A DNA stretch of 64,000 nucleotides from Octopus vulgaris. Taxonomy: Eukaryota. The DNA lies in NCBI GenBank assembly GCA_951406725.2, contig OX597829.1, positions 43,028,001 through 43,092,000 of the forward strand. Direction: 5' to 3'. This document shows positions 39,891 through 54,491 of the stretch, piece by piece; the first letter of the stretch is position 1; every line of letters begins with the position of its first letter. Made by a program: the position numbers and the translations under genes. Below the pieces are notes generated by a model. The model did not search any database, was not told the DNA's origin, and worked only from the letters and a program-made list of their open reading frames with translations.

Positions 39891-40135
39891 TATATATAAG
39901 GGCCTTCTTTCAGTTTCCATCAACCAAATCCACTCACAAAGCTTTGGTCGGCCGGAGTCTAGAGTAGAATACACTTGCCCAAGGTGCCATGTAGTGAGAC
40001 TGAACCCGGGACCATGTGGTTGGGAAGTAACCAAGTCTGCACCCAAATATATAACAATTGCAGCGTGGAAGGTGTTTATAAGCCATTTAGGAAACACACA
40101 AAGACCGTTAGATTCACTTCAACATTTAAATTTAA

Positions 40136-40186
40136 TTTGTCAAAATATTTTCGTTGCTTTCAGACCGCGACCTGTTCACTGACAAA
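40136..40186 (-). ncRNA. Minimal type I hammerhead motif, G3:C8 core variant
   Basis: TTTGTCA-GTGAACA-G-GTCGC(GGTCTGAAA)GCAAC-GAAA-A(TA)T-TT^TGACAAA; sits at the apex of the 40053-40268 inverted repeat. Confidence 0.55.
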
Positions 40187-40324
40187 TTAAATTTAAATGT
40201 TGAAGTGAATCTAACGGTTTTTGTGTGTTTTTAAATGGCCTATAAACACCTTCCATGCTGCAATTGTTTTCGTTCCAGCACACGATCTCAGATCAGGTCA
40301 CTTGCTATGCAAGTACATCTCCGT

Positions 40325-40376
<52 letters not shown>

Positions 40377-40492
40377 TAATAGGTGGGACCATCACGGCTG
40401 GAGTGTCTTCGATGCTAATTCTGCTCTATCTGGGCCAACCTGAATTTCATCTATTATCACAAAAAAAGTTTTAAAAAAGAGTGATAGAGAAA

Positions 40493-40555
<63 letters not shown>

Positions 40556-40839
40556 TAAGAAGTCAAGGAGTATAGCGCGAATATTGTGAATAATCTGATA
40601 CATTCTGTAAAAATGAATTTAAATTTAAAATATAAAATACAAAAATAAGGAATTTTTTTAATCTTTCAATTTTTAATTATTTTAATTTTACATAATAAAG
40701 TTTCTAATTTTATATAATAAACGGCTTCATGCCATTAATATTTCCCAGATTCTATTAAATTTTTTATCTAATTTCATTTTTAAGTTGTAAAACACTTTAT
40801 TATAGTCGCACGTGTTAGCGTATGCAACAAACAACAGTA

Positions 40840-40910
<71 letters not shown>

Positions 40911-41059
40911 CACCACCACCACCACCACCACCACCACCAACACCGTAGCTGCTGCTGCCAGATCGCAGAATAGATCTGAGTGCCTGCCTATACTAGATGT
41001 GACCACCAGCGTACATCATATCTTCTGTGAGTAGCTATATACAGCCCAACATGTGTAGA

Positions 41060-42465
41060 GCGATCAGATTTCTGTATTTCTTTAAGAACGTTTCGCTCCT
41101 TGTTACTAGTGGAAGACTGGAATGCTATATTGGTCTGTGTTATCCAAGCCGATGGAGAGAGAGCTCAAAAGCCCAATAAGCTTGTCGAGATATTTCCAAT
41201 TGTTGACACATGCCGATTAAATTTCCCGAAAGTACCAATGTAAATTTGGACAAACAATATCGGGTCGTCCACATCGTATCTAGATAAAGTATTCGGTAGA
41301 CCAGTAACTGCGGATAGCACAATTTGTGTTCGATTTGGAAAAAAAACAGGGCTAAGGGTAACAATACAGAAAAAAAGGTATAAGGGAGTATACAAAGAGT
41401 AAACCACGTCTATACACGCACAGGGAAAAATGCAGGGTGGAAGGTAGAATACAGAAAAATTATGTGTAAAAAATATATAAGCAATAAACTTATAAACCAA
41501 TATGTAAGAAATATATGTATAAAAATATAAATAAAAATATATTAGAAATATAAATAAAAGGCATAAAGAGTTAAAAAGCTTGTGCGTGGACACAATATAG
41601 AAAGCAAGTTCTATCTGTAGTCTCGTGGGGGACCAAAAACGTAACAAATATTTGGCCACATATGGGCATGAACCGAAAAGTTCAGTTCTTGAATTAAGAC
41701 ATGTAGCGGAGTCTAAGCTGCTTTTCCAGATGAACCATGTTTCCATATCACATAGACTGCACTTTCCACTGCCCGTTGGTGTAGGGCTTACACTTGGCTA
41801 AGATCTTCCAATGGATGTTGTAACTGACACCTTTATCTTTTAATGACCATATATGACTGGATAATTTGGTCGTTTTCCTTTTATCCCAGTGCCTAAAGCT
41901 CAGTGTGATTTTTGAACTTGGCCTTGAAATTACCATCTGTAAGGCCCACGTATTTCTTCGTCGAAACTGTGACTTTAGTGGATATAGAGTCCACGATGGC
42001 TTCGTAAATGATGGTCTCGGACATGCAAGCTCCATTTAGCGGGCACAAATTTTTATCCCTGCACGTATTGTGGTTTTTGTGTGTTGTGTGCGATTATATC
42101 TTTAAAAATTAGTAGTTGAGCTGAAACTGATTTTTAAGTTATACATATATTTCTTTTATACATATCTTTTATACCTATATTTCTTACATATCTATAGAGC
42201 TATTGGTTTATAGGTTTATTGCTTATATATTTTTACAATAATTTTTCTGTATTCTACCTTCCACCCTGCATTTTTCCCTGTGTGTATATAGACGTGTATA
42301 TGGAATCTTTTGTGCGTACGTGTGGATGTGTGCGTGTGTGCGGGTATGTGCGTATATAGATGTGTGTGTGTGTGCGTGCTTGCGAGTACGTACCTATATA
42401 GAAGTATTTTACTCAGTGTTTTTACACATTTTCCTGTATTTTTGGACTTAGCTCTGTTTTTTCTT
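41060..42465 (-). mobile_element. 5'-truncated Penelope-like element (GIY-YIG domain) with inverted pseudo-LTR
   Basis: NLKISFS..CRDKNLCPLNGAC..IIYEA..KYVGLT..FK..NH..SF..LSSHIW..CSLC..LNSRTEL..CP across frameshifts (about 41625-42140). 41340-41500 is repeated inverted at about 42200-42465. Confidence 0.88.
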
Positions 42466-42576
42466 GTGTATGTGCGCATATAGACATATGTATGATCTTT
42501 TTAGTGCGTGCGTGTGTGTGTATGCGTATACTGGCCGACCAAAGCCTTGGAAAGAAGCAGCCCGACGTGTATATAC

Positions 42577-42669
<93 letters not shown>

Positions 42670-42942
42670 GTATATATATATATATTTGTATATACACGTC
42701 GGGCTGCTACTTTCCAAGGCTTTGGTCGGCCCGAGGCAATAGTAGAGACACTTGGCCCAGGTGTCATGCAGTGGGATTGAAACTGGGAGCATGTGGTTGG
42801 TAAGCAAGCTACTTACAACACACCCACTCCAGCGCCTATATATATATAATATATGAATGTATGTATATATGCATATGCATATATCACATATATAAACATT
42901 TATATATATACATACATACATACATGCATACATACATACATG

Positions 42943-42981
<39 letters not shown>

Positions 42982-43298
42982 CTTCGTGATGCAAACAGGA
43001 AAAATAGTAGTCAGAGCATAAGTATATATAGTTTAATTTTTTTAATCTATTTTTATTAATGATTGATAAAAGTTACAAAATAACTAAACACCCGAGATTT
43101 TCCGTACGTTACCATACAAGTTCATATGTTGTAGTAATTAGCATTGAGAGGTGTCGTTAGACAATTATATTCCAAATGTACCAATAGAAGTTATATGAAG
43201 AGCAAGTAACATCAGTGTACATATTCCATTATTCTAAAGTTTGCTAATGGATTTCAGCCATGTTAAATATGCAAAAATATAAATATATACATGTATAT

Positions 43299-43378
<80 letters not shown>

Positions 43379-43424
43379 AATATATATATATATATATAAA
43401 TATATATATATATAAATGTATGTA

Positions 43425-43476
<52 letters not shown>

Positions 43477-43644
43477 GTGCATGTATGTTTCTGTGTGTTT
43501 ATGCATCTATAAATATACGCGCACAAACACACGTGTGCACCCGTATACACAGAAACGCACGCAAATACACACATACACAAACACAAATATACATACATGT
43601 AGCGATGAGTAAACGATGGATATATAAATACATATATGCATGGA

Positions 43645-43718
<74 letters not shown>

Positions 43719-43841
43719 TATGTATATGCATATATATCTATGTATACATTTGCATGTATAACATAAACACGTAAAAATCATAAATATATATGTACGATTA
43801 TATCTATATATATATGTATATATATACGTGTATAAATATAG

Positions 43842-43873
<32 letters not shown>

Positions 43874-44181
43874 CGTGTGCGTTTGCGTGTGTTCATATAA
43901 AAGTGTTTGAATATGTGGGTGTGTACATATGTGCGTTTTTGAGTTTGTGTATGTGTGTATGTATCCTTGCATGTGTGTATAATGGTAAAGTATGGGTTAG
44001 AATGATGGCTTATTAAACCGTTACAGCCAGAATAATTACAACAGAATGTTGTAGATACTTATCGAACGTTCTAGAAATGTAATTACACTTATCAAAGACT
44101 GACATCGATGTAATCAAGTAATGGCGATGTCAAGAGAATAACTAATGCGAATTGTTTCACCCCACGCTCTCTATGTCATAC

Positions 44182-44289
<108 letters not shown>

Positions 44290-44330
44290 TACGTATATAT
44301 ATGTATTTATATACTCATAGAGACACACAC

Positions 44331-44375
<45 letters not shown>

Positions 44376-44474
44376 GATATGTTGATATATATATAAATAT
44401 ATTTTTACTTATACATACATGTATATTAATATACATATATACATATATTTACATATGTATATCTATATATGTAT

Positions 44475-44534
<60 letters not shown>

Positions 44535-45783
44535 TTATATATATATGTTTGTGGGTGTGTGTGTGGCGGGGTATGTATGTATATATATACACACAGAGAC
44601 ACACACACATGTAAATATATATATCTATATACATATGTATATAGATATATGTTGATATGTTGATATATATATAAATATATTTTTACTTATACATACATGT
44701 ATATTAATATACATACACACACACACACACACATATATAATATATATATATATATTTACATTTGTGTATCTATATACATATATACATATAAATTTATACC
44801 TATATACATATATACATATAAATTTATACATATATATATATGTGTGTGTGTGGAAGGGTGTGTGTGTATATATATATATATATATATGTATGTCGCTAAA
44901 ATATAATCTATGGTATTACCTCTTTTGTGGAAATATTCTATTATTACCATTATTTTATGTCATTATCTTCCCATTCATCTTTTTCTAATATGTTCTATTG
45001 CTACTTTGTTCAAAATATCTATACTTTGTTATTATTATTATTGCCAAAGTCACATTATGTATATATGTATGTATGTATGTATGTGTGTGCGTGTGTTTAG
45101 TTTTGCTTATATGTATACGTATTTGTTTGAGTCTTTTTTGAATTATATGATGATAAGAATCCGTCATTAAATGTTGACACCATGTTTAAGTAGACTTTGC
45201 TCTTCTTCTATGTTAATAGTTTAGGCATTTAACTTCATTTTGCCTGTTTCTTTTGTTGTTTTTTTTGTTTCTGCTTTGTTTTACTCTATTGACATATGTC
45301 GAGTAATTAAAACAATCACATTATTACACACCCAGACACACTCATCTTTCTGAAATAATATAAGCAATAAAATTCAGATGATAAAACTAAACATAATTTA
45401 ACATAGATAAAGAAATATGATTGTACGCAAAGATAAAAGTACTTCAAACCATATATCCATAATTTTTTTCTATTAAATTTTTAATATGTCTATGATCATC
45501 AACAACCTTATCATCACAAAATGACTAAAAACTATCATATTTTTTTTGTATTTTTAATTACTTTAGGAGAGAGGTTGTGAGTTTAATTGAATGAAATAAT
45601 TAAATGTCCATCCATATGCTTTATGGAGTCTTAACTTGAAGTTATTTTGTGTTTCGCTTTCAAATCCTACCCTATCAGCTTTGCTCTTCTTTCCTTCGAA
45701 ATTGAGAAAAGTTCTGTCAGATTACCAGAAACAACTCAATTTTTCAGAGATGTGATCTACATAACATCAAACAATTGTTTAAT

Positions 45784-46535
45784 TCTTTTCTATTCTAGAC
45801 ACAAGGCCCGAAATTTTGGAGAGAGGTGGCTAGTCGATTAGGTCAACCCCAGTGCGTAACTGGTACTTAATTTATCGACCCCGAAAGGATGAAAGGCAAA
45901 GTCGACATCGGCGGAATTTGAACTCAGAACGTAAACAAGGATGAAATACCGCTAAGCATTTCGCCCGTCTTGCTAACATTTCTTATTCTGTTATTGCTCA
46001 CAAGAGGCTAAATATAGAGGGGACAAACAAGGCCAGACAAAGGGATTAAGCCGATTACATTGACTCAAGTGCGTAACTGGTACTTAATTTATCGACCCCG
46101 AAAGGATGAAGGGCAAAGTCGACCTCGGCGGAATTTGAACTCAGAACGTAACGGCAGACGAAATACGGCTATGCATTTCGCCCGGCGTGCTAACGTTTCT
46201 GCCATCTCAACGCGTTCAAACAATAGTTAGATTAATAGAAAAATGTCCAACGTAGTTAGCACTGAAATGCTATGTAGAAGTAATAATATGCCGCAAAAGA
46301 AAGAATATGAGTCGATTAGTAAGTAATATCAATTATCTCAACATTTAGGCGGCGAGCTGGTAGCACACCGGGCGAAATTCATAGCAGTATGTCGTCTGTC
46401 TTCATGTTCTGAGTTCAAATTCCGCCGAGGTCAACTTTGCCTTTCATCCCTTTAGGGTCGATAAATTAAGTACCAGTCTAATCGAGTGGCCCCCTCCCCC
46501 AAAATTTCATACCTTGTGCCTATAATAGAAAAGAA
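45784..46535. mobile_element. SINE B cluster (two minus copies, one plus copy; both tail types)
   Basis: Family B body repeated at 45784-45980(-), 45983-46205(-) and 46348-46535(+). Confidence 0.88.
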
Positions 46536-46739
46536 TTATTTTAACATTTAGGGGAGATAACTGAAGGTATGATTCGTCATTATGATATCAGCGTTGCATA
46601 GACCTTACGCCGTTAATAATCGAATAACGTCAGTGCATGTCTCATATCATATATTCTTCACTGTATATTTATTTCTAGTTTATTTTCCAAAGCTCTTTGC
46701 ATTAAATATGTTGACCAATAGCTTACTTGGAGGGTTATT

Positions 46740-46990
46740 CCTTTATTCTTTTACTTGTTTCAGTCATTTGAATGCGGTCGTGCTGGAGCACCGCCTTTCG
46801 TCGAACAAATCGACCCCGCAGGTCTTATTCTTTTATAAGCCTAGTACTTATTCCATCGATCTCCTTTGCCGAGCCGCTAAATTACGGGGACGTAAACATA
46901 CCAACATCGGTTGTTAAGGGATGGTGTGTGGGTGGAGTGGAATGGGAGCAAACACAGACACACAAAAAAAAGAAAAACACACATATACAT

Positions 46991-47021
<31 letters not shown>

Positions 47022-47176
47022 CGACAGGTTTATTTCAGTTTCCGTCTACCAAATCCACTCACAAGTGGCCTGAGGCTGTAATAGAAGACACTTGTCCAAG
47101 GTGTCACGCAGTGGGACTGAACCCGGAACCATGTGGTTGGTACGCAATCTTCTTACCACACAGTCATTCCAGCGCC
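46740..47176 (-). mobile_element. SINE family A
   Basis: Full-length diverged copy. Further copies at about 39460-39835, 52267-52765 and 55630-56000. Confidence 0.88.
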
Positions 47177-47521
47177 TAGTTATTTAATTTTAATTTTTTT
47201 TTCTTTTTCATTAAATTCCATCTCTGAATAATTTATTCTCTAAACAATTCTTACTTTTATATGACAATAATAGCAAGAGCAGGTAACTGTCACTTATGAT
47301 TGAGTAAGCCTTGCTTTGACTAATTCTGCTTCAGTAATCACAGAGGATGAGCCTGGTTGTGATAACTAGGGGCTGATTGGGATGCGCTAATACCTGGCTG
47401 ATTTTCATTTGCTATTAAGTTGATTGGAGCTACATGAAATGAATCTTCAGCTTGTTCGACACAACTACCAGTCCATGAATTGGATCTGCAACCTTGTTAT
47501 AATGAGCCGAACACTATAACC

Positions 47522-48107
47522 TATTTCTTTACTACCCACAAGGGGCTAAACACAGAGGGGACAAATAAGGACAGACAAACGGATTAAGTCGATTATATCG
47601 ACCCCAGTGCGTAACTGGTACTTATTTAGTCCATCGCGAAAGGATGAAAGGCAAAGTCGACCTCGCCGGAATTTGAACGCAGAACGTAAAGACAGACGAA
47701 ATACCTATTTATTTACTACCCACAAGGGGCTACACACAGATGGGACAAACAAGGACAGACAAAGGGATTAAGTCGATTATATCGACGCCCAGTGCGTAAA
47801 TGGTACTTATTTAATCGGTCCCTGAAAGGATGAAATGCAAAGTTGACCTCGGCGGAATTTGAACGTAGAACGTAGAGACAAATGAAATACCTATTTCTTT
47901 ACTACCCACAAGGGGCTAAAGATAGCGAGGACAAACAAGGACAGACAAAGAGATTAAGTCGATTATATCGACCCCAGTGCGTAACTGGTACTTATTTAAT
48001 CCACCCTGAAAGAATGAAAGGCAAAGTCGACCTCGGCGGAATTTGTCGACTTTGCCTTTCATCCTTTCCGGGTGGATTAAATAAGTACCTGTTACGCACT
48101 GGGGTCG
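47522..48107 (-). mobile_element. SINE B head-to-tail trimer with inverted terminal segment
   Basis: Units start at about 47522, 47705 and 47891; 48046-48107 is an inverted copy; flanked by CGA(A/G)CAC(T/C)ATAACC. Confidence 0.88.
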
Positions 48108-49959
48108 CGAGCACCATAACCATCAGGCTACACGGTTCCACGTCAATCGAGGTGCATTTTTGTGTGTTTGCATTTGCGACTGCCTTATCTCTAGTTTGGT
48201 AAGTACAGTGACACCTGAGTTAAAGCACTGGACATTATTATATATATATCAGGCAGAATTCTGCCAAGGCTGACAAACTTGAAGAAGCCAAAATCTTCCG
48301 CAAATGTCCGGTATCACAGGTGATATTTCAAGCGTCTCATCTATGCACTTCCTTGGTCATTTATTATTTTAGTGTGATTAAAGTTATTTCAAACATGTCA
48401 GTTAAAGTTTTATTTTATTTTCTCTCTTTTTTTTTTTTTTTAGAAATTTATTCTCCCCCAAATCAATGTAATTTTTGCATCAGGAATACTGCAGATCAAT
48501 TTACTTTTAAAGGCTGGCTGCTGTTATAATATCAACAACACACCACACCCCATATCAATGAAAAAAAAACCCCAGAAAACAATACAAAATACACAAACAC
48601 ACAAACACACAAACACACAAACTAATGGTCTAAATTTCAAAAAGTAACAAAAACAAACTCACAACGGAATGAAAGAATGAGAACAAAAAAAAATAAAGAA
48701 AAAAGCTTGAAACACTTTAAAGAATTGAGCCTAGACTGTCCAATTTAAAATTCCCTAACGTAAGCAGTAACAAACAAAACAACCGAGCAAACAAACAAAA
48801 TAACTAGTTAAATACGACTAAAATTCCTTGTCTCTTTAGCAAAGGTTATTATTTTCCGTTTAAATTTGATCATTTTTTGTCTTTTGTATTTTATATCATT
48901 TTGTTGTTTGTTTCACTTCAATCTCTCTACAAGTCATTGTTTTTTGAGAGGTTTTATTATTGTTTCGTAACATGGCTTTTCTTCTCTTTCTTCTCTTTCG
49001 CCTTAACTTGTTATTTTTCAAGGTTTTTTTTCCCTACATCTTAACGTTTTGGACAAAAGTTAAGCCAGACATTTTAAAACAACGAAATAAACCAACAATG
49101 TCGAAATGCTTTCTTATTTACACAACTTTCAAAAAAAAAAAAGACAAAAAAAAAAACAGCTGCCCTTGGATTATCTCTTGTTTGTAGATAATTTAGAAAC
49201 AGATCAATTCGAAAGTCTCCGTGTACAAATCAAGGTACTCGACAGAACAAGCATTTCTCAAACGAAAGCCAGACCGCGACCGCAAAATATCTTTTCGATC
49301 ATTTACTTCATTCAAATTAATATAAGTAGTAATATATACAAAATAAATTTTTTTTAAAATTCATTCTTAGGGTTCATATTATCATTCGCACAAAGAAGGT
49401 GGTGATCTGGCAAAATCGTTAGAACTCCGAGCAAAATGTTTAGCTGCGTTCCGCCAAACTTCACATTCTAAGCTCAAATTCTACCTTGATCGACTTTGCT
49501 TTCCATCGTTTTGCCATCGATAAAATATATACCAGTTGAATACTGGGACCGATGTAATCGGCTTATCCCTCCCCTAAAATTGCTGGCCCTGTGCCAAAAT
49601 TTGAAACCTATATTACCTTTCACACACATGCATAAGTATATAGATGCGTGTGTATATATGTGTATATATGTATTGCACACATCTGTTTGTCTGTCCCTAT
49701 CACCATTTTCTCTTTCTCTATGCGTGTATATATACATATACATATAGATACACACACACACACACGCACGTGCGCGTATGTATATATATATATATATATA
49801 TATATGTACCTAAAACTGAATGGTATGTGAAAAATTGGTCGATACGTACATTGAAGTATCTATAAATATTCTAACATATTTTATATTTCCTTTTTTTGGA
49901 TATCAAGGTCTTTTTCAGGTTGAAGTGACCTTACGAATCAATATTAAAGCAACAAATTT

Positions 49960-51050
49960 AATCGTATTTTTAAGTATAAAATCTCTTCCCACCCCATAAA
50001 TGGACTGTAATTTCAACCCGTTTGCATTTACTAATCAGCTGATAATGTCTTAATGATTTAAATTTTTGTTTCTTTGCATTAGGTTAAACAAGAAGGTCTC
50101 AGCTCTCTGCATTTTAAGGTATTATGAAGCAGAATCATAATCTTGTCTATTGCCTTTCCTTTTCGAACAACACTCCATCTCACCATAGGGCTCTTACTCC
50201 CTCAATGTTTTAGGAACCAAATATTTTTGGGAGAGGCGTGGCATAACGTTTGTCTTTTGGCCTGATGTTTTCGTTGCTCATCCTATTTCATTGTTTAGAG
50301 GAACCAAAATACGTTTGGTGGGTGTGCTTAATGCAATTTTGTTCACTTGATGGGTGAAGAGCGTGGATTGGTAGTAACATTATCTATCCTGCTTTTTATA
50401 TGATTTAAGCGTTCTATTTGATCTGTTTTATTTAAATGGTTTACTTTTGTATAAAGTTTCTTATTTCTTTATTGCCCACAAGGGGCTAAACATTAGAGGG
50501 GACAAACAAGGACAGACAAAGGGATTAAGTCGATTACATCGACCCCAGTGCGTAACTGGTACTCAATTTATCGACCACGAAAGGATGAAAGGCAAAGTCA
50601 ACCTCAGCGGAATTTGAACTTAGAACATAACGGCAGACGAAATACCTATTTCTTTATTACCCACAAGGGGCTAAACACAGAGAGGACAAACAAGGACAGA
50701 CAAAGGTATTAAGTCGATTACATCGACCCCAGTGCGTAACTGGTACTCAATTTATCGACCACGAAAGGATGAAAGGCAAAGTCAACCTCGGCGGAATTTG
50801 AACTTAGAACATAATGGCAGACGAAATACCGCTAAGCATTTCGCCCGCATGCTAACGAATCTGCCAGCTCGCCGCTTTTTGTGTAAAGTTTCTATTAAGC
50901 TTTATTTTTGTGTTTAATCTAAAACATTCCTTTAACTAACCCTATAAAATCTCTTTTTAGTCGGGTGGATCAATTCTCATTTTAGATAGGATAGGATAGG
51001 AAATTGTATGAGTGAATCTTTAATATATTTTTTAATGTTGTTCATGGATT
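49960..51050 (-). mobile_element. Very old Penelope-like GIY-YIG remnant (interrupted by the SINE B dimer)
   Basis: Weak matches: SMNNIKKYI, and IWFLK..VRWSVVRK resembling HIWSLK..IHWKILAK of the 41.6-42.1 kb element. Confidence 0.3.
50462..50874 (-). mobile_element. SINE B dimer
   Basis: Junction GACGAAATACC|TATTTCTTTA at about 50646; TSD TTTTGT(A/G)TAAAGTTTCT. Confidence 0.9.
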
Positions 51051-52431
51051 GAGGTGCAATTTTTGATTTGCTACATTAAATGATTTTTACATGAAGTTGA
51101 AAAATATACTGAAACTTAACCCAACTATCACTAAACGGAAAGCAGAATAATTATTTGGTTTATCTCTCCCTGTGGTTTAATAGTACATACAAATGCTATG
51201 TCAAATGAAATACGGCTTCAGAAAGTATGCGGCTTCAGAAAGTATGCCAAGAACTGCCGACTTAGTCCCACTCAATGTAGCGACTATGAATCCAATAAAC
51301 ATTAATCTAGTTGCCACTAAAAGTGCCAAGAATGCAAAAAGAATTAACAGCAAGGCATCTTACGGGGAGAAAATGTCTACCATATGATATTTATATAAAA
51401 AGAAGATTTTCTATAATTTGTGCCCAATAACCTTAGGAATCTTAAGACACTTTAAAAGTTCTGCTGACCGGAATCGAAATAAGAAAAGAACATCCATCCA
51501 TCCATCCATCCATCCATACGTACATGCATACATATATATACATACATACATGCATACGTACATACATACATGCATTCATGTATATAAATATACATATACA
51601 TACACACGTACATACATGCATATGTACATACATGCATACGTACATACCTACATACGTATATACGTACATATGTGCATACGTGGATACATGCATACATACA
51701 TACGTACGTAAGTACATACATGCATACGTACATACATACATACATACATGCATGCATGCATATATATACATACACTTTTGTGTGTCCGTGTCTATGTTTG
51801 TGAATGAGTGAACGAGTGTATATGTGTGCGTACGTGCGAGCGTGAGTGTGTAAGGGGGCGAAGAACTGGAAACTGAACTCCAAAAGCTTTAATAATGATT
51901 ATAACAAGAAAAAAGGCGGCGAGTTGGCAGAATCGTTGGCACCTTGGGCAAAATGCTTAGCTATGTTGTGAGTTCAAATTCCACCGAGAGAGACTTTGCT
52001 TTTGAAGTCGATGATATATAAATACTAGCTGAACACTAGGGTCAATGTAATCGATTTATACCCTCCCCAGAACTTGCTGGCTTTGTGCCAAAATTTGGAA
52101 CCATTTATTATAACAGTGAAAGAAAACTTAGCATTTCGGAATTTATGGATTTAAAAACAATTCTTCGTCTTTATTTTGTTATACGAGCCTGTGATCATTA
52201 TCTAGTTATCGTTTTGCGGCAATAAATTCTCAATCATTTTATTCATATGTGCGGACTTACACTCACAGGCACATCCGAATGTGGTAAGAAACTTGCTTTC
52301 CAACCACATGGCTCCGGGTTCAGTCCCGCTGTGTGGCACAATGAGTTAAGTGTCTTCTACTATAGCCTCGGACCAACCAAAGCTTTGTGAGTGGACTTGG
52401 TAGATAGAAACTGAAAGAAGCCCGTCGCATT

Positions 52432-52517
<86 letters not shown>

Positions 52518-52775
52518 TGTGTATGTGTGTGTGTGTGGCGTCTGTGTCTTTGTGTTTGTGTTTGTCTCCCTCCATCCGCACTTGACAACCACTGCTGGTG
52601 TGTTTAGGTACCCGTAACTTAGCAGTTCGAGAAAAGAAGCGATAGAATAAGATTCAGGCTTGAAATAGAAATGTCCTGAGGTCGGTTTGTATGACTGAAA
52701 CCCTTTAAGGTGGTGCTCCAGCATGGCCACAGACAACTGAGTGAAACAAGTAATAGAATAAAAGAACACACACAG

Positions 52776-52860
<85 letters not shown>

Positions 52861-53663
52861 AACACACCCACACTCAGATATTGTTTGTGTATATACGTGA
52901 CAGAAAGATAAAGGTCGTAATCCTTGTTTGATTAGCTGCCAACATCTTAGACCTACAGCAAATACCTTAACGCTTGTAACAGCAAAGGTACCAACTTTTT
53001 GAATATATTCACTTCAGTATTACTTGCTCTTTTACAATTCGAAGTCACTTGGTGCAACAGTAATACAAAATGATTACGATGAATTCAATTGGAAATAAAA
53101 ACTTGCGTATCCACTTCGCCAAAGAATTTCAATTCATGTTACTTCTATCGTTTGTGGTCAAAATACCAAACGATGGTGTTTATATACACAGCATATCCAC
53201 AAATACATAACCGCCACATTATGAATTACATGAGTTTACGAGCCAGCAATGAGACCTGAATGTGGTAGTTCAGTTTGTTAGAAGTAGCTGCTAATAGCTA
53301 CCAAACTAGCACACAACTTAATTAAAAAAAAAAAGAGTGGTGGTGTGAAACGCATAGAATGACATTAGTTCTAGATAGGCAATCCACGAAATATTGATGG
53401 AATGGCCATAACTGACACATTTTTGTTTAATATGGTTAATCAAGTTAAGGTGGCGAATTGGCAGAATTATTGGTAATGCCAGGCAAAATGCTTGCCTGCA
53501 TTTCATCTGTCATTACGTTTTGAGTTCAAATTCTGCCGAGGTCAACTTTGTCTTTCATCCTTTCGTTGTCAATAAATTAAGTACCAATTGGGCACTGGGG
53601 TCGATCTAATCGACTTAGCCCAAATTTCTGGCCTTGTGCTAAAAATTGAAATCAATATGATTA

Positions 53664-53897
53664 TATTTCTTTACTACCCACTAGGGGCTAAACACAGAGG
53701 GGGACAAACAAGGACAGACAAACGGATTAAGTCGATTACATCGACCTCAGTGCGTAACTGGTACTTAATTTATCGACCCCGAAAGGATGAAAGGCAAAGT
53801 CGACCTCGGCGGAATTTGAACTCGGAACGTAACGACAGACGAAATACGGCTACGCATTTCGCCCGGCATGCTTAACGTTTCTGCCAGCTCGCCGCCT
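53664..53897 (-). mobile_element. SINE B inserted at the tail of an older plus-strand SINE B (53447-53660)
   Basis: TSD TGAAATCAATATGATTA on both sides. Confidence 0.9.
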
Positions 53898-54491
53898 TCT
53901 GAAATCAATATGATTAGTCAAGGCTAATGTGAGACTAAACAACAACAACAGCAACAACAATAATAACAACGACAACAACAACAACAACAACAACAACAAG
54001 CGCAGAGAAGCATTTCAGGAAACGATGTGCTACAAATCAACAGAATAACAAACAGCATGGTGCGTCGTACAATAGGTTCGAGCAGAGACCTGAATATCTT
54101 GCAGTATTCAGTTTTTCACATTCTGAGTTCAAATACCACCGAACTTAACTTTGCCAGTCTTTCTTCTGTGATCGATAAAATAAATGATTAGGAATTCCTG
54201 TTGTTATTTTTTTAGGCGCTAATGACACGCATTCAGGCAGTGGTAATCCCAATATATTTTCCTTTCAATCCCTTTGCACTTCTGCACTTTACAGCAAATC
54301 ATCTGCAACCAAGCATTGGTGCTACTGAAACAGACTCAACTGATCACAGCCACCCTACAACTAATCTCTGATCTACACTTATTTTATCACACACTATTCA
54401 TCGAAGGGAAAAAGTTAGGCTTATTTTGGAAGAACACTATTTTATACAGCTTTAAAACTTAGACAAAAACAAACGCAAAAGTACACACATA

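Noticed and set aside
44370-44880. Local tandem duplication of about 280 bp of AT-rich sequence
   Set aside because: Low-complexity microsatellite mosaic; ordinary slippage or unequal exchange.
49188-49234. Possible 47-bp micro-exon (TTGTTTGTAG..AAG|GTACTC)
   Set aside because: Weak donor and no partner exons; cannot be supported without RNA data.
51213-51247. 17-bp tandem duplication CGGCTTCAGAAAGTATG
   Set aside because: Single local duplication with no further structure.
53995-54008. ACAAGCGCAGA after (AAC)n, resembling the Dong 5' junction at 30698
   Set aside because: Similarity ends after about 11 bp; likely chance.
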